The notes under the pieces are model-generated. The model worked only from the letters and a program-made list of their open reading frames with translations, had not been told where the DNA came from and did not search any database. DNA of 64,000 bases, taken from positions 671,378,958-671,442,957 of the forward strand of contig NC_133617.1 in assembly GCF_048593235.1 (NCBI RefSeq), given 5' to 3'. Below, piece after piece: positions 22,601 to 34,700 of the stretch. The DNA comes from Sminthopsis crassicaudata. Lineage: Eukaryota. Numbering within the stretch: position 1 is the stretch's first letter; every line of letters starts with the position of its first letter. Made by a program: the position numbers and the translations under genes.

Positions 22601-25600
22601 GGGGAGCAAAGCCCGGCAAAGATCCAGGGAGGAGGAACGCCCCAGCATGGGTGGAAGGCCAGCCTCGCCAGCTCAGAGGAGGAAGCGAGGCCTGTTTGCC
22701 AGCCCCCCTTGCCTGCGTGATTCTGGAGAACTGTGGTCATTGGGGCATGTTCAGGCCCAGCCCGGCCAGGGTAATGACTCCTTCGTTCTGCCACCCTTTC
22801 TCTGCAGCAGCTCCTGAGTCCCAGTCCCCTCTGCCCACCTTTCAGACACCCCCCCACAGGTTTAGTTTTCAGGTGTTCTCAGAGCCCTGATGCCTCTGGG
22901 GGTATGCTCTGAAGCTGGGGTAGGGGCAGGCTGACATAGTGAACAATCACACCGGATCCCCAGAGTCGGCCACCTGACATTCCCACCTAGACACATCCGT
23001 TGGATGTGGAGCTGGGTGGTACTTGCTGCCATCTTCCAGTATACCACAGCTTCCTTAAAGCCCCATGGGGCCAATGGACCTGTCCTGTACATAGTGGGTG
23101 TGACCTACAAGTTCAGGGCTGAGCAAACATTCTCTGATGTCAGTCAACAGAATGAACAAGGCCTGGAAGACCTCCCTGAGTCCCAGAGAGCCCAGCATAT
23201 CCACTCCTGCCCAGAGGATGCTCCAGCCCAAGGGGCCTCTCCTGAGGGGTGTTCAGGCCCCCCCACCTCCAGGACAGCTCCAGGAGACAATCCTCTTAGA
23301 GTTCTCTCTGGGAGCTCTGCTGGCCAGCTGCCATTCGGTCTCCCCACGGCGCTCACCAGTGGAAGGTGAGAAGACTCCCAGCTCTGTCTGTGTAAGCTGA
23401 GAGGAGTCTTAGAAAGGAGGAGGCCAGCCTCACCCCAAAGTGACACCCTGAACGACAATTGCATCTCCCCTTCCTTGAGAAGTTTGAATCCCGGCTCTGG
23501 GGATTTGGGGAGTCAACAGGAGGAGATGATCAGGCCATGAATCAAAGCAAAGAAAAGCCCCGTGCCAAGGACGAGGGACTCCAGAACCAGCACCTTCCTC
23601 CTAGTATGGAGATATTTCCAGAGTCCTGTGACTCCCTGTGTGGCCCTCCCCGTCCAGAGCCTGTTTCCCCGCGAGAGGTTAGCCGCTTTATGATGCAGTC
23701 CCCAGGGTCTGGACCTCACCTCAGGGAAGTGAAGTGCTGGGCGGTACCTGGACTGCCAAGAGCTCTAATTATCACATTTCACAGGCTTTCCAGCAAACAC
23801 GATAAGGTGGGCCGGCGCCTCGCTGGCTCTAACATAGCCTAGGAGTAAAGAAGCAAAGCTTCCAGGACCTGCTCCCAGACACCTGCCACCAAAGCTCCCA
23901 CTTTCCTCTTCTATCAACCAGGGATCTGCTTCCTGGGCCCCACCCTGAAAGGATTAGGGATCCTTGAAGGCCAGGGAGCCAACACTGTACTCCAGAGGCA
24001 GACCTGGTCTAGCAAGTTTCCCGGCAAGCAGGAAGGGGCTTGAATAAGAAAGAAAACTCAATTCAAAAGATCAGAGTTCAAGACTACTTTTTGCCATTTG
24101 CCAGCTGTGTAATCATAACGAAAGGAGGCTCCAGCACTCACTAGCTGCCATGTGACTTCCTCTCTCTAAACCTCAGTTTCCTCATTTGTAGAATGGGAAT
24201 AACCCCTCACTCCCCATGGCTGCACTGAACCTTTGTAAACCTTTTAAGGTTTTGTTATGAAAAGGTCAAGTGCTGAGGGCAAAAGTGACCTGGGTAGGAA
24301 TGACTGAAAAAAAAAAAGGCAGGGGCTGTTAGAGGAGAGTCTGGCCTCCAAGGCCAGTTCGGACATCTCCTGAGACACTCCCTGCAAGGCCCTTCCTTCA
24401 CAGAGATGCCCAATGGGGAGGAAAAAGTAGGTAGACAAAGCTAATGCTACCACCTGGGCGTCCTGCCTCCCAGGCCACGTGCCTCCTCTGCACCGGGCCC
24501 AGGAAAAAGGCTGAAGTTCGGCATCCACGTGGCTCCGTTTTCCATGGGCATGTGCCCAGAAACCCAGAACTGAGAAGCTACACGATACCTCTGGAGAGGA
24601 GGAGGGGCGGACAGAAAAGGAGAGAGCGGGGGGAGGGCTACGTCCTCCCCTGCCCCTTCCCAGAAGTCCTCTGACCAGTGACTCCAAGGAAGATTCGGGG
24701 TCCCGGGTGGCCTCCCTCAGTTCTCATTCCTGGGCAGTCCTGGCTAATTCCTCTCTATTCCTCCCAAGAGCCCGAGCCTCCAACCCCTTCTGAGATCCTC
24801 CCTCCTCTCACACACCCGTACCACCAGGCAGTCACCCACCTTTACTCAGCCTCTCATGCTTGCCCAGAGGACCCCAAGACCTCAATGACCCCTCCCTCGG
24901 ACTCTCCCCAACTCCCTCCCCCAGATTCCGCACGCTGCACAGCCCTCCGCTCCTTCAAACCCCATTTCTTCAGCTGTGAGTGGGGACCCCATATGGGAGC
25001 TTATAACTGAAAGTGGGGGTGTGAAATCATGTTTATTATCAGCAAATGTTTGATTTGTAAATCTACTTTACATGCTTATATACCCCGGGGTCCCGTAAAC
25101 ATTTTTTAGGTGAAAAAGAGTCAACATTTTTTAGGTGAAAAAGAGTAGTTCGTTAAGAAGCTCTGGTCCAGACACTCCCTCCCCCAAGCCCTCTTACATC
25201 ACCTCTGAACATGCAGAGATCTGGACCCCAAACAGAGCACCCCGGCCCTGCCCTTCCCATACTGTGCCCTGTCCTCCAGAGCCCCCAACCCCCCCCCGTC
25301 CCTGTCCTCCAGAGCCCCCAAAACCCTCCCCCCCCACCCTGCCCTCGCCATACTGCGCCCTGTCCTCCAGAGCCCCCAAACCCTCCCCCTGGCCCTGTCC
25401 TCCAGAGCCCCCAACCCCCCCCCCGGCCCTGTCCTCCAGAGCCCCCAAAACCCCCCCCGGCCCTGCCCTCGCCATACTGTACCCCTGTCCTCCAGAGCCC
25501 CCGAAACCCCCCCCTGTCCCTGTCCTCCAGAGCCCCCAAACACCCCCCCGGCCCTGCCCTCGCCATACTGCACCCCTGTCCTCCAGAGCCCCCGAACCCC

Positions 25601-27367
25601 CCCCGTCCCTGTCCTCCAGAGCCCCCAAAACCCTCCCCCCCGCCCTGCCCTCGCCATACTGCGCCCTGTCCTCCAGAGCCCCCAAAACCCTCCCCCCCGG
25701 CCCTGCCCTCACCATACTGCGCCCTGTCCTCCAGAGCCCCCGAACCCCCCCCCGTCCCTGTCCTCCAGAGCCCCCAAAACCCTCCCCCCCCGCCCTGCCC
25801 TCGCCATACTGCGCCCTGTCCTCCAGAGCCCCCAAAACCCTCCCCCCCGGCCCTGCCCTCGCCATACTGCGCCCTGTCCTCCAGAGCCCCCAAACCCTCC
25901 CCCCGGCCCTGTCCTCCAGAGCCCCCAACCCCCCCCCCGGCCCTGTCCTCCAGAGCCCCCAACCCCCCCCCCGGCCCTGTCCTCCAGAGCCCCCAAAACC
26001 CCCCCCGGCCCTGCCCTCGCCATACTGTACCCCTGTCCTCCAGAGCCCCCGAAACCCCCCCTGTCCCTGTCCTCCAGAGCCCCCAAAACCCCCCCCCGGC
26101 CCTGCCCTCGCCATACTGTGGCCCTGTCCTCCAGAGCCCCCAAAACCCCCCCTGTCCCTGTCCTCCAGAGCCCCCAACCCCCCCCCCGGCCCTGTCCTCC
26201 AGAGCCCCCAAACCCCCCCCCCGGCCCTGCCCTCGCCATACTGTACCCCTGTCCTCCAGAGCCCCCGAAACCCCCCCTGTCCCTGTCCTCCAGAGCCCCC
26301 AACCCCCCCCCCGGCCCTGTCCTCCAGAGCCCCCAAAACCCCCCCCCGGCCCTGCCCTCGCCATACTGTACCCCTGTCCTCCAGAGCCCCCGAAACCCCC
26401 CCTGTCCCTGTCCTCCAGAGCCCCCAACCCCCCCCCCCCGGCCCTGTCCTCCAGAGCCCCCAAAACCCTCCCCCCCCGCCCTGCCCTCGCCATACTGCGC
26501 CCTGTCCTCCAGAGCCCCCAAAACCCTCCCCCCCGGCCCTGCCCTCGCCATACTGCGCCCTGTCCTCCAGAGCCCCCAACCCCCCCCCCCCCGGCCCTGT
26601 CCTCCAGAGCCCCCGAAACCCCCCCTGTCCCTGTCCTCCAGAGCCCCCAACCCCCCCCCCCGGCCCTGCCCTCGCCATACTGCGCCCTGTCCTCCAGAGC
26701 CCCCAAAACCCCCCCTGTCCCTGTCCTCCAGAGCCCCCAACCCCCCCCCCGGCCCTGTCCTCCAGAGCCCCCAAACCCCCCCCCCGGCCCTGCCCTCGCC
26801 ATACTGTACCCCTGTCCTCCAGAGCCCCCGAAACCCCCCCTGTCCCTGTCCTCCAGAGCCCCCAACCCCCCCCCCGGCCCTGTCCTCCAGAGCCCCCAAA
26901 CCTCCCCCCCCCCCCCGGCCCTGCTCTCACCATACTGTGGCCCTGTCCTCCAGAGCCCCCAACCCCCCCCCCCCGGCCCTGCCCTACAGAGCCCCCAAAA
27001 CCTTCCCCCCGCCCCTGTCCTCCAGAGCCCTCCAAACCCTCCTCCCGGCCCTGTCCTCCAGAGCTCCCCAAACTCCCGAAGTCCTCACCATATTGTGCCC
27101 CTCCTCAGCCCTTCGGAGCCCCCCAGTGCCTCATCCCCTCACCCCGCTCAAGCCCCCGAATTCCTCAGCCCACTCCTCATTCAGTTCCCTGCTCCTTTCG
27201 TTAAATTATGCACCCTGAGACCCCTCCCCCGCGACCCTTCCCCAAGCCCCGCCCATCATCAGCCCCGCCCCCCAGATCCCAGGCTCCGCCCCCGGACCCT
27301 CGCACTCACCCCCACCTCGGCGCTGTCCTCCCCTCCGGAGCGCGTGTCCCTTGCGGGCGCGGGGCAT
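16668..27367 (-). CDS. IFRD2: Interferon-related developmental regulator 2, 437 aa. Exons in transcript order: 27310-27367, 20807-20923, 20563-20647, 20127-20251, 19823-19980, 19157-19207, 18804-18973, 18186-18291, 17898-18035, 17179-17307, 16989-17084, 16668-16748
   Basis: 12 GT-AG exons sum to 1314 nt in one open frame: MPRARKGHALRRGGQRRGG...ALATDSNKYRAKADRRKQRS...HLYNSAAFKARTKARSRVRDKRADVL*. Matches recalled human IFRD2. Confidence 0.97.
21945..22136. mobile_element. Non-autonomous DNA transposon (hAT/MITE-like); a second diverged copy lies at about 24960-25166
   Basis: Inverted ends CTTCTTAAA...TTTAAGAAGCCCTG; internal CCCCATATGGG and GTAAACATTT...GTGAAAAAG shared with the 25-kb copy. 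Family assignment is inferred. Confidence 0.55.
25241..27100. repeat. GC-rich minisatellite (VNTR), about 1.85 kb, in IFRD2 intron 1
   Basis: Interleaved modules CCCTGTCCTCCAGAGCCCCC(A/G)A(A)n(C)n and CCGGCCCTGCCCTCGCCATACTG with variable C-runs. Confidence 0.97.
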
Positions 27368-27830
27368 GCCGGGCCGGGGAAGCGGCGCGCGGGAGCGCGG
27401 GGGCGCGGGGTCAGAGCCGGCGGGGACTCGCGTCGGAATTGGCGCTCCTGGGCGCCAGCGCCAGCGCGCGCCGCGAAAAGACAAGCAGAGGCCGGGGGCA
27501 GCACGCCACGCGCGCCACCATCTTCGCTCGACTCCCCCGGCTGGTCCCACCCCTTTCGCCGTCCCGCCCGAACCGCTAGGGCCGCTGGGACAGCGAGTCC
27601 CCCAGGATCCCCGCCCCGGAGATTCCTACAGGCCTCCGGGGAGCCCCGAACCACAAGCTCCACAGGCGTCCGCGCGAGGCTCCGCCTGTCCCGCGCAGCG
27701 GCGGGGCATGTCGGGAAGTGGAGTCCCGCCCCGGGAGAGAGGGGAGGCCTCCGGCGGCCCGCACACTAAAGGGACCACAATGCCCCGGTCCCAGCGCTGT
27801 TAACTCTTTCACTGCTGGATGACGGGAGCG
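27200..27830. promoter_or_regulatory. CpG island / IFRD2 promoter and exon 1
   Basis: Very GC- and CpG-dense; GC boxes; YY1-like AAGATGGTGGC on the - strand. Confidence 0.85.
27411..27521 (-). other. Upstream ORF of IFRD2, 36 aa: MVARVACCPRPLLVFSRRALALAPRSANSDASPRRL*
   Basis: gaagATGg context (A at -3, G at +4). Out of frame with the main ATG; stop lies 43 nt upstream of it. Inclusion in the mRNA depends on an unmapped TSS. Confidence 0.6.
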
Positions 27831-28279
27831 CACGTGTCTAAGTTGGCTAATCCTCAGTAATAACTCTGTCCGCAGCGCCTTAAAGTTTGTAAAGTGGTTT
27901 CCATGACAATCCTATGAATTAGATTCATATTCTTTTGAGAAAGGAGACAGAGAGACACAAACACTGACTAGTAGAACGTCAGAGCTAGAAAATGACGCTT
28001 GGGCAGGGGACAAAATCGGCCAGCACACGTGCAGAGCGGAGAAAGAAAACGGTTTATGGGCCGTGAAACGGAAGTCACCGGGACAGAACCGCCTCCCGAA
28101 TCCCAGGGACCACTTCCCAGGTCGCGGGCCTTGAACCCAGGGGGCAAAGTTCAAGGACTCAAGGTCACAGGAAGCTCTCTAGGATGCAGCCGCCCTGGGA
28201 GAGAAGCCAGTGGACAGGCCCATTTTAAACCCTGACCCAAACAATACACTGTTTTTTAGGATTTAAAAACTGGAAGGAA

Positions 28280-28422
28280 GGGGGCAGCTAGGTGGCGCAG
28301 TGGATAGAGCACCAGCCCTGAATTCAGGAGGACCCGAGTTCAAATTTGACCTCAGACACTTAACACTTCCTAGCTGTGTGACCCTGGGTAAGTCACTAAA
28401 CCCCAGCCTCAGGGGGGGAAAA
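28280..28422 (+). mobile_element. Young CORE-SINE (WSINE1/Mar1-type) with 15-bp TSD
   Basis: GGGGCAGCTAGGTGGCGCAGTGGATAGAGC...GAGTTCAAA (Pol III A/B boxes) and A-tail; TSD AAAAACTGGAAGGAA at 28265-28279 and 28423-28437. Confidence 0.92.
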
Positions 28423-28604
28423 AAAAACTGGAAGGAACCTTGTGGTCCTTTGGTTCCATCCTCTCATTTTGCAGCCCAGCAGGGGGGGGGGGGAGAAATT
28501 CGATTGGAATCGGAGGGCCTGGGTTCAAATATCGCTGAAAACCGGATGTGACTAAGCTCTGTCCCCCTCTGAGCCTCGGTCTCCTCATCTGTACAACTAG
28601 GATC

Positions 28605-28610
28605 TTTATT
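28605..28610 (-). terminator. Poly(A) signal of HYAL3
   Basis: AATAAA on the - strand about 175 nt past the stop. Confidence 0.6.
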
Positions 28611-28783
28611 TCTGAGGTCTGCACCAGTTCTAACTTCCTTCTCTTAAAAAAGACCAGGAACAGGAGGGGGGGGCAGGCAGGAGAAGGCCACCTCAACAAT
28701 GGGGCGGGGGAGGGGCCGGGAACAACTTAGAGGCGCTCCGAAGGCGAAGACCGATACTGGAGGAGTCCCTCCGGGACAGGGCT

Positions 28784-31700
28784 TCACTTTGCGCCAGCTC
28801 CGGGACGTTTGCAGGCAGAGCCTTTCCAGCCGGGGTAACAGAGACACCGGAAGTGGTTCCATTTGGCGGCGGCCTCCCCGACGGCTCCCAGCGTCGGCTC
28901 CCAGTGTAAGAAGACGTCATCGTTGCTGGGGTCCCGTCGCGCACAGCGCCCGCGGCCGTGACATAACTGCTGGCTGCAGACCTCGGCAGCCCTAGTCACG
29001 TTGCTTAAGTAGGGGCCCAAGATGGAGGACAGATAGCGCTGGAGAAGCCCGCACTGCTCCTGAGGATGGGAGACAAAGAAAAACCCTTCATCCCTCGGAG
29101 AAAAGGGAAGGAAGGGGACATGGGAACAGGAAGGGATAACGATAAGCTTCGGAGAGGATGTGGGAATACCGGGGCACTGATGCATTGTTAGTGGAGTTGT
29201 GAACTGATCCAGCCCTTCTGGGGAGTGATCTGGAGCCGCGCCCGCGCATACCCTCGGATCTGGCAGTCTCTGCGGGGTCTGCTTCCCGAGGGGGGAAAGG
29301 TGCAGAAGTGTTTGTGGCGGCCAGGAACTGGAGAGGAGTGGGTGCCCCCTGTTGGGGAGTGGCTGAGTACATTGTGGTATAGGCATGTTATGGAGTAGTA
29401 CTGTTCTACAAGAAGCTATGGGGGGTCTGCACACATATATTGTGGCTGAGATAGACTTTAACATGTATGGGAGTGCCTGCCATCTAGGGGAGGGAGGGAG
29501 GGGGGAGGGGAAAAGTCGGAACAGAAGGGAGTGCAAGGGACGATAATGTGAAAAATTACCCATGCATATGTACTGTCAAAAAAGTTATAATAAAAAAATT
29601 AAATTAAATTAAAGGCTGGATAAGAACTGAGGCAAAAAGAATTGATGGCCTTGTTTGATGAGATCAAGAATAAAGCCATTCCTTCCATGAACTGAGGCTA
29701 AGTGAAGTGAGCAGAAACAAGATGTTGTGATGATCAACTATGATGTAGCTGGCTCTTTTTGCCAATGTGTGACTCAAGACGATTCTATAGACTTGTGGTA
29801 GAAAGCGCCAGAGAGAAAACGATAGAGGTGGAAGGTGAATCAAATCATAGTATTCTTTTTACCTTTTGTTGATGTTTATTTGCTTGTGTGTTTTTTTTTC
29901 TTTTTCATCTTTTTTTTCCCCATTTTCATCTGATTTTTCTTGCACAACATGACAAATGTAAAAACATATTTAGAAGAATTGCACATATTTAACCTAAGTG
30001 AGATTGCTTGTTATCTTGGGGAGTGGGGAAGGAAAGAAGAGAAGAAAAATTTGGAGCACAAGAATTTGCAAAGATGAATGTTGAAAACTATCTTTGCATA
30101 TATTTGGAAAAATAAAATGCTATTTAAAAAAAAAAAAAAGCAATGGGGGCAGCGAGGTGGCGCAGTGGATAGAGCACCAGCCCCTAAATCAGGAGGACCT
30201 GAGTTCAAATCTGGTCTCAGACACAACACTTCCTAGCTGTGTGACCCTGGGCAAGTCACTTAATCCCAACTGCCTCAACAACAACAACAAAAAAGAAATG
30301 ATCAGCAGGATGATTTCAGAAAGGCCTGGAAAGACTTACATGAACTGATTTTAAGTGAAGTGAACAGAACCAAGAATGAACTACATACAGCAACAACAAG
30401 ATTATGATCAATTGTGATAGACTTGGCTCTTTCAACAGTAAGGTGATTCAGGCCAGTTCCAATAGTCTTGTGATGGAGAGAGCCATCTGCACCAGAGAGA
30501 GAGATTATGGGTACCAAATGTGAATCACAACGTAGTATTTTCACTTGTTTCTTTGCTTGTTTTTTTCTTCTCATTTTTTCCCCTTTTGATCTGATTTTTC
30601 TTATGCAGCAAGATAAATATGGAAATATGTTTAGAAGTTTAAATATGTTTGCACATGTTTAAACTATATTGGATGATTTGCTGCCTAGGGAAGGGGGTGG
30701 GGAGAGGAAGGGAGAAAACATTTGGAACACAAGGTTTTGCAAGAGTGAATGTTGAAAACTATCTTAGCATATATTTTGAAAAAAAAAAAAAAAGAAGAAA
30801 AGGGAGACATCATCCCAAACAGAATTGAGTCTCTGGATGCTTGGTCCTAGGACCAACTTGGCCTTCTTCTTTTAAACCCTTCATTCATGATCAGATAATA
30901 CTCCTTCCTAGTCTTACAATGGGAGGAAACAATAAAACATCAATTATTGGAATGAATCTTAAAGTGATCACCTAATTCAATTGTTGTGTTAATATAGAAC
31001 AGGAGAAAATCAGGGATTATAAAGGGAAGTGCATTAGCCAGTGTTACCCAGTTATTAGTAGGAGACCTAGATTTCCTCAGGAGTATGGTACAGAAAAAAG
31101 AGAATGGGCTTTGGAATTAAAGACCAAGTTAAAATTCCAGTTCTCCCACTCAGAACCTCAGTAACATTCAGCAGTCACCACTTTCAGACTTTCACTTCCT
31201 TAGCTATAAATTGAAGGAATTAACCTAGAGGGCTTCAAACAAAAATTGCTTCCAGCTCTAAATCTAAGCTTCCACTGATACTGCGAGAAAGAAGCCGAAC
31301 CAAGAGCACATTGTACACGGTAACTGCAACAGAACATGGTACACAGTAACAGAACATGGTACATGGTAACTGCAACAGAACATGGTACACAGTAACAGAA
31401 CATGGTACACGGTAACTGCAACAGAACATGGTACACAGGAACAGAACATGGTACACGGTAACTGCAACAGAACATGGTACACAGTAATAGTAACAGAACA
31501 TGGTACACAGTAACAGTAACAGAACATGGTACACAGTAACAGTAACAGAACATGGTACACAGTAATAGTAACAGAACATGGTACACAGTAACAGAACATG
31601 GTACATGGTAACAGTAACAGAACATGGTACACAGTAACAGAACATGATACACGGTAACAGGAACAGAACATGGTACACAGTAACTGCAACAGAACATGGT

Positions 31701-34700
31701 ACACAGTAACAGAACATGGTACACGGTAACAGAGCATGGTACATGGTAACTGCAACAGAACATGGTACACAGTAACAGGAACAGAACATGGTACACAGTA
31801 ACAGAACATGGTACACGGTAACTGCAACAGAACATGGTACACAGTAATAGTAACAGAACATGGTATACGGTAACAGTAACAGAACATGGTACACAGTAAT
31901 AGTAACAGAACATGGTACACGGTAACAGTAACAGAACATGGTACACAGTAACAGAACATGATACACGGTAACTGCAACAGAACATGGTACACGGTAACAG
32001 AACATGGTACATGGTAACTGCAACAGAACATGGTACACAGTAACAGGAACAGAACATGGTACACAGTAACAGAACATGGTACACAGTAACAGTAACAGAA
32101 CATGGTACACGGTAACTGCAACAGAACATGGTACACAGTAATAGTAACAGAACATGGTACACAGTAACAGAACATGGTACACAGTAACAGTAACAGAACA
32201 TGGTACACGGTAACAGTAACAGAACATGGTACACAGTAATAGTAACAGAACATGGTACACGGTAACAGTAACAGAACATGATACACGGTAACTGCAACAG
32301 AACATGGTACACGGTAACTGCAACAGAATATGGTACACGGTAACTGCAACAGAACATGGTACACAGTAACAGAACATGGTACACAGTAACAGGAACAGAA
32401 CATGGTACGCAGTAACAGAACATGGTACACAGTAACAACATGGTACACAGTAACAGAACATGGTACACAGTAACAGAACATGGTACATGGTAACTGCAAC
32501 AGAACATGGTACACAGTAACAGAACATGGTACACGGTAACTGCAACAGAACATGGTACACAGGAACAGAACATGGTACACGGTAACTGCAACAGAACATG
32601 GTACACAGTAACAGTAACAGAACATGGTACACAGTAATAGTAACAGAACATGGTACACAGTAACAGAACATGGTACATGGTAACAGTAACAGAACATGGT
32701 ACACAGTAACAGAACATGATACACGGTAACAGGAACAGAACATGGTACACAGTAACTGCAACAGAACATGGTACACAGTAACAGAACATGGTACACGGTA
32801 ACAGAGCATGGTACATGGTAACTGCAACAGAACATGGTACACAGTAACAGGAACAGAACATGGTACACAGTAACAGAACATGGTACACGGTAACTGCAAC
32901 AGAACATGGTACACAGTAATAGTAACAGAACATGGTATACGGTAACAGTAACAGAACATGGTACACAGTAATAGTAACAGAACATGGTACACGGTAACAG
33001 TAACAGAACATGGTACACAGTAATAGAACATGATACACGGTAACAGGAACAGAACATGGTACACAGTAACTACAACAGAACATGGTACACGGTAACTGCA
33101 ACAGAACATGGTACACGGTAACAGAACATGGTACATGGTAACTGCAACAGAACATGGTACACAGTAACAGGAACAGAACATGGTACACAGTAACAGAACA
33201 TGGTACACAGTAACAGTAACAGAACATGGTACACGGTAACTGCAACAGAACATGGTACACAGTAATAGTAACAGAACATGGTATACGGTAACAGTAACAG
33301 AACATGGTACACGGTAACAGTAACAGAACATGGTACACAGTAATAGTAACAGAACATGGTACACGGTAACAGTAACAGAACATGATACACGGTAACTGCA
33401 ACAGAACATGGTACACGGTAACTGCAACAGAATATGGTACACGGTAACTGCAACAGAACATGGTACACAGTAACAGAACATGGTACACAGTAACAGGAAC
33501 AGAACATGGTACGCAGTAACAGAACATGGTACACAGTAACAACATGGTACACAGTAACAGAACATGGTACACGGTAACTGCAACAGAACGTGGTACACAG
33601 TAACAGGAACAGAACATGGCACACAGTAACAGAACATGGTACACAGTAACAGTAACAGAACATGGTACACAGTAACAGAACATGGTACACAGTAACAGAA
33701 CACGGTACACAGTAACAGAACATGGTACACAGTAACAGGAACAGAACATGGCACACAGTAACAGAACATGGTACACAGTAACAGAACATGGTACACAGTA
33801 ACAGGAACAGAACATGGTACACAGGAACAGAACATGGTATACAGTAACAGTAACAGAACATGGTACACAGTAACAGGAACAGAACATGGTACACAGGAAC
33901 AGTAACAGAACATGGTACACAGGAACAGTAACAGAACATGGTACACGGCAACTGCAACAGAACATGGTACACAGTAACAATAACAGAACATGGTACACAG
34001 TAACAGAACATGGTACACGGTAACTGCAACAGAACATGGTACACAGTAACAGGAACAGAACATGGTACACAGTAACAGTAACAGAACATGGTACACAGGA
34101 ACAGAACATGGTACACAGGAACAGTAACAGAACATGGTACACGGTAACTGCAACAGAACATGGTACACAGTAACAATAACAGAACATGGTACACAGTAAC
34201 AGAACATGGTACACGGTAACTGCAACAGAACGTGGTACACAGTAACAGGAACAGAACATGGCACACAGTAACAGAACATGGTACACAGTAACAGTAACAG
34301 AACATGGTACACAGTAACAGAACATGGTACACAGTAACAGAACACGGTACACAGTAACAGAACATGGTACACAGTAACAGGAACAGAACATGGCACACAG
34401 TAACAGAACATGGTACACAGTAACAGAACATGGTACACAGTAACAGGAACAGAACATGGTACACAGGAACAGAACATGGTATACAGTAACAGTAACAGAA
34501 CATGGTACACAGTAACAGGAACAGAACATGGTACACAGGAACAGTAACAGAACATGGTACACAGGAACAGTAACAGAACATGGTACACGGCAACTGCAAC
34601 AGAACATGGTACACAGTAACAATAACAGAACATGGTACACAGTAACAGAACATGGTACACGGTAACTGCAACAGAACATGGTACACAGTAACAGGAACAG

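Noticed and set aside
25135-27769. Long Pro-rich and Gly-rich ORFs on both strands
   Set aside because: Translations of the GC-rich VNTR; open in multiple frames.
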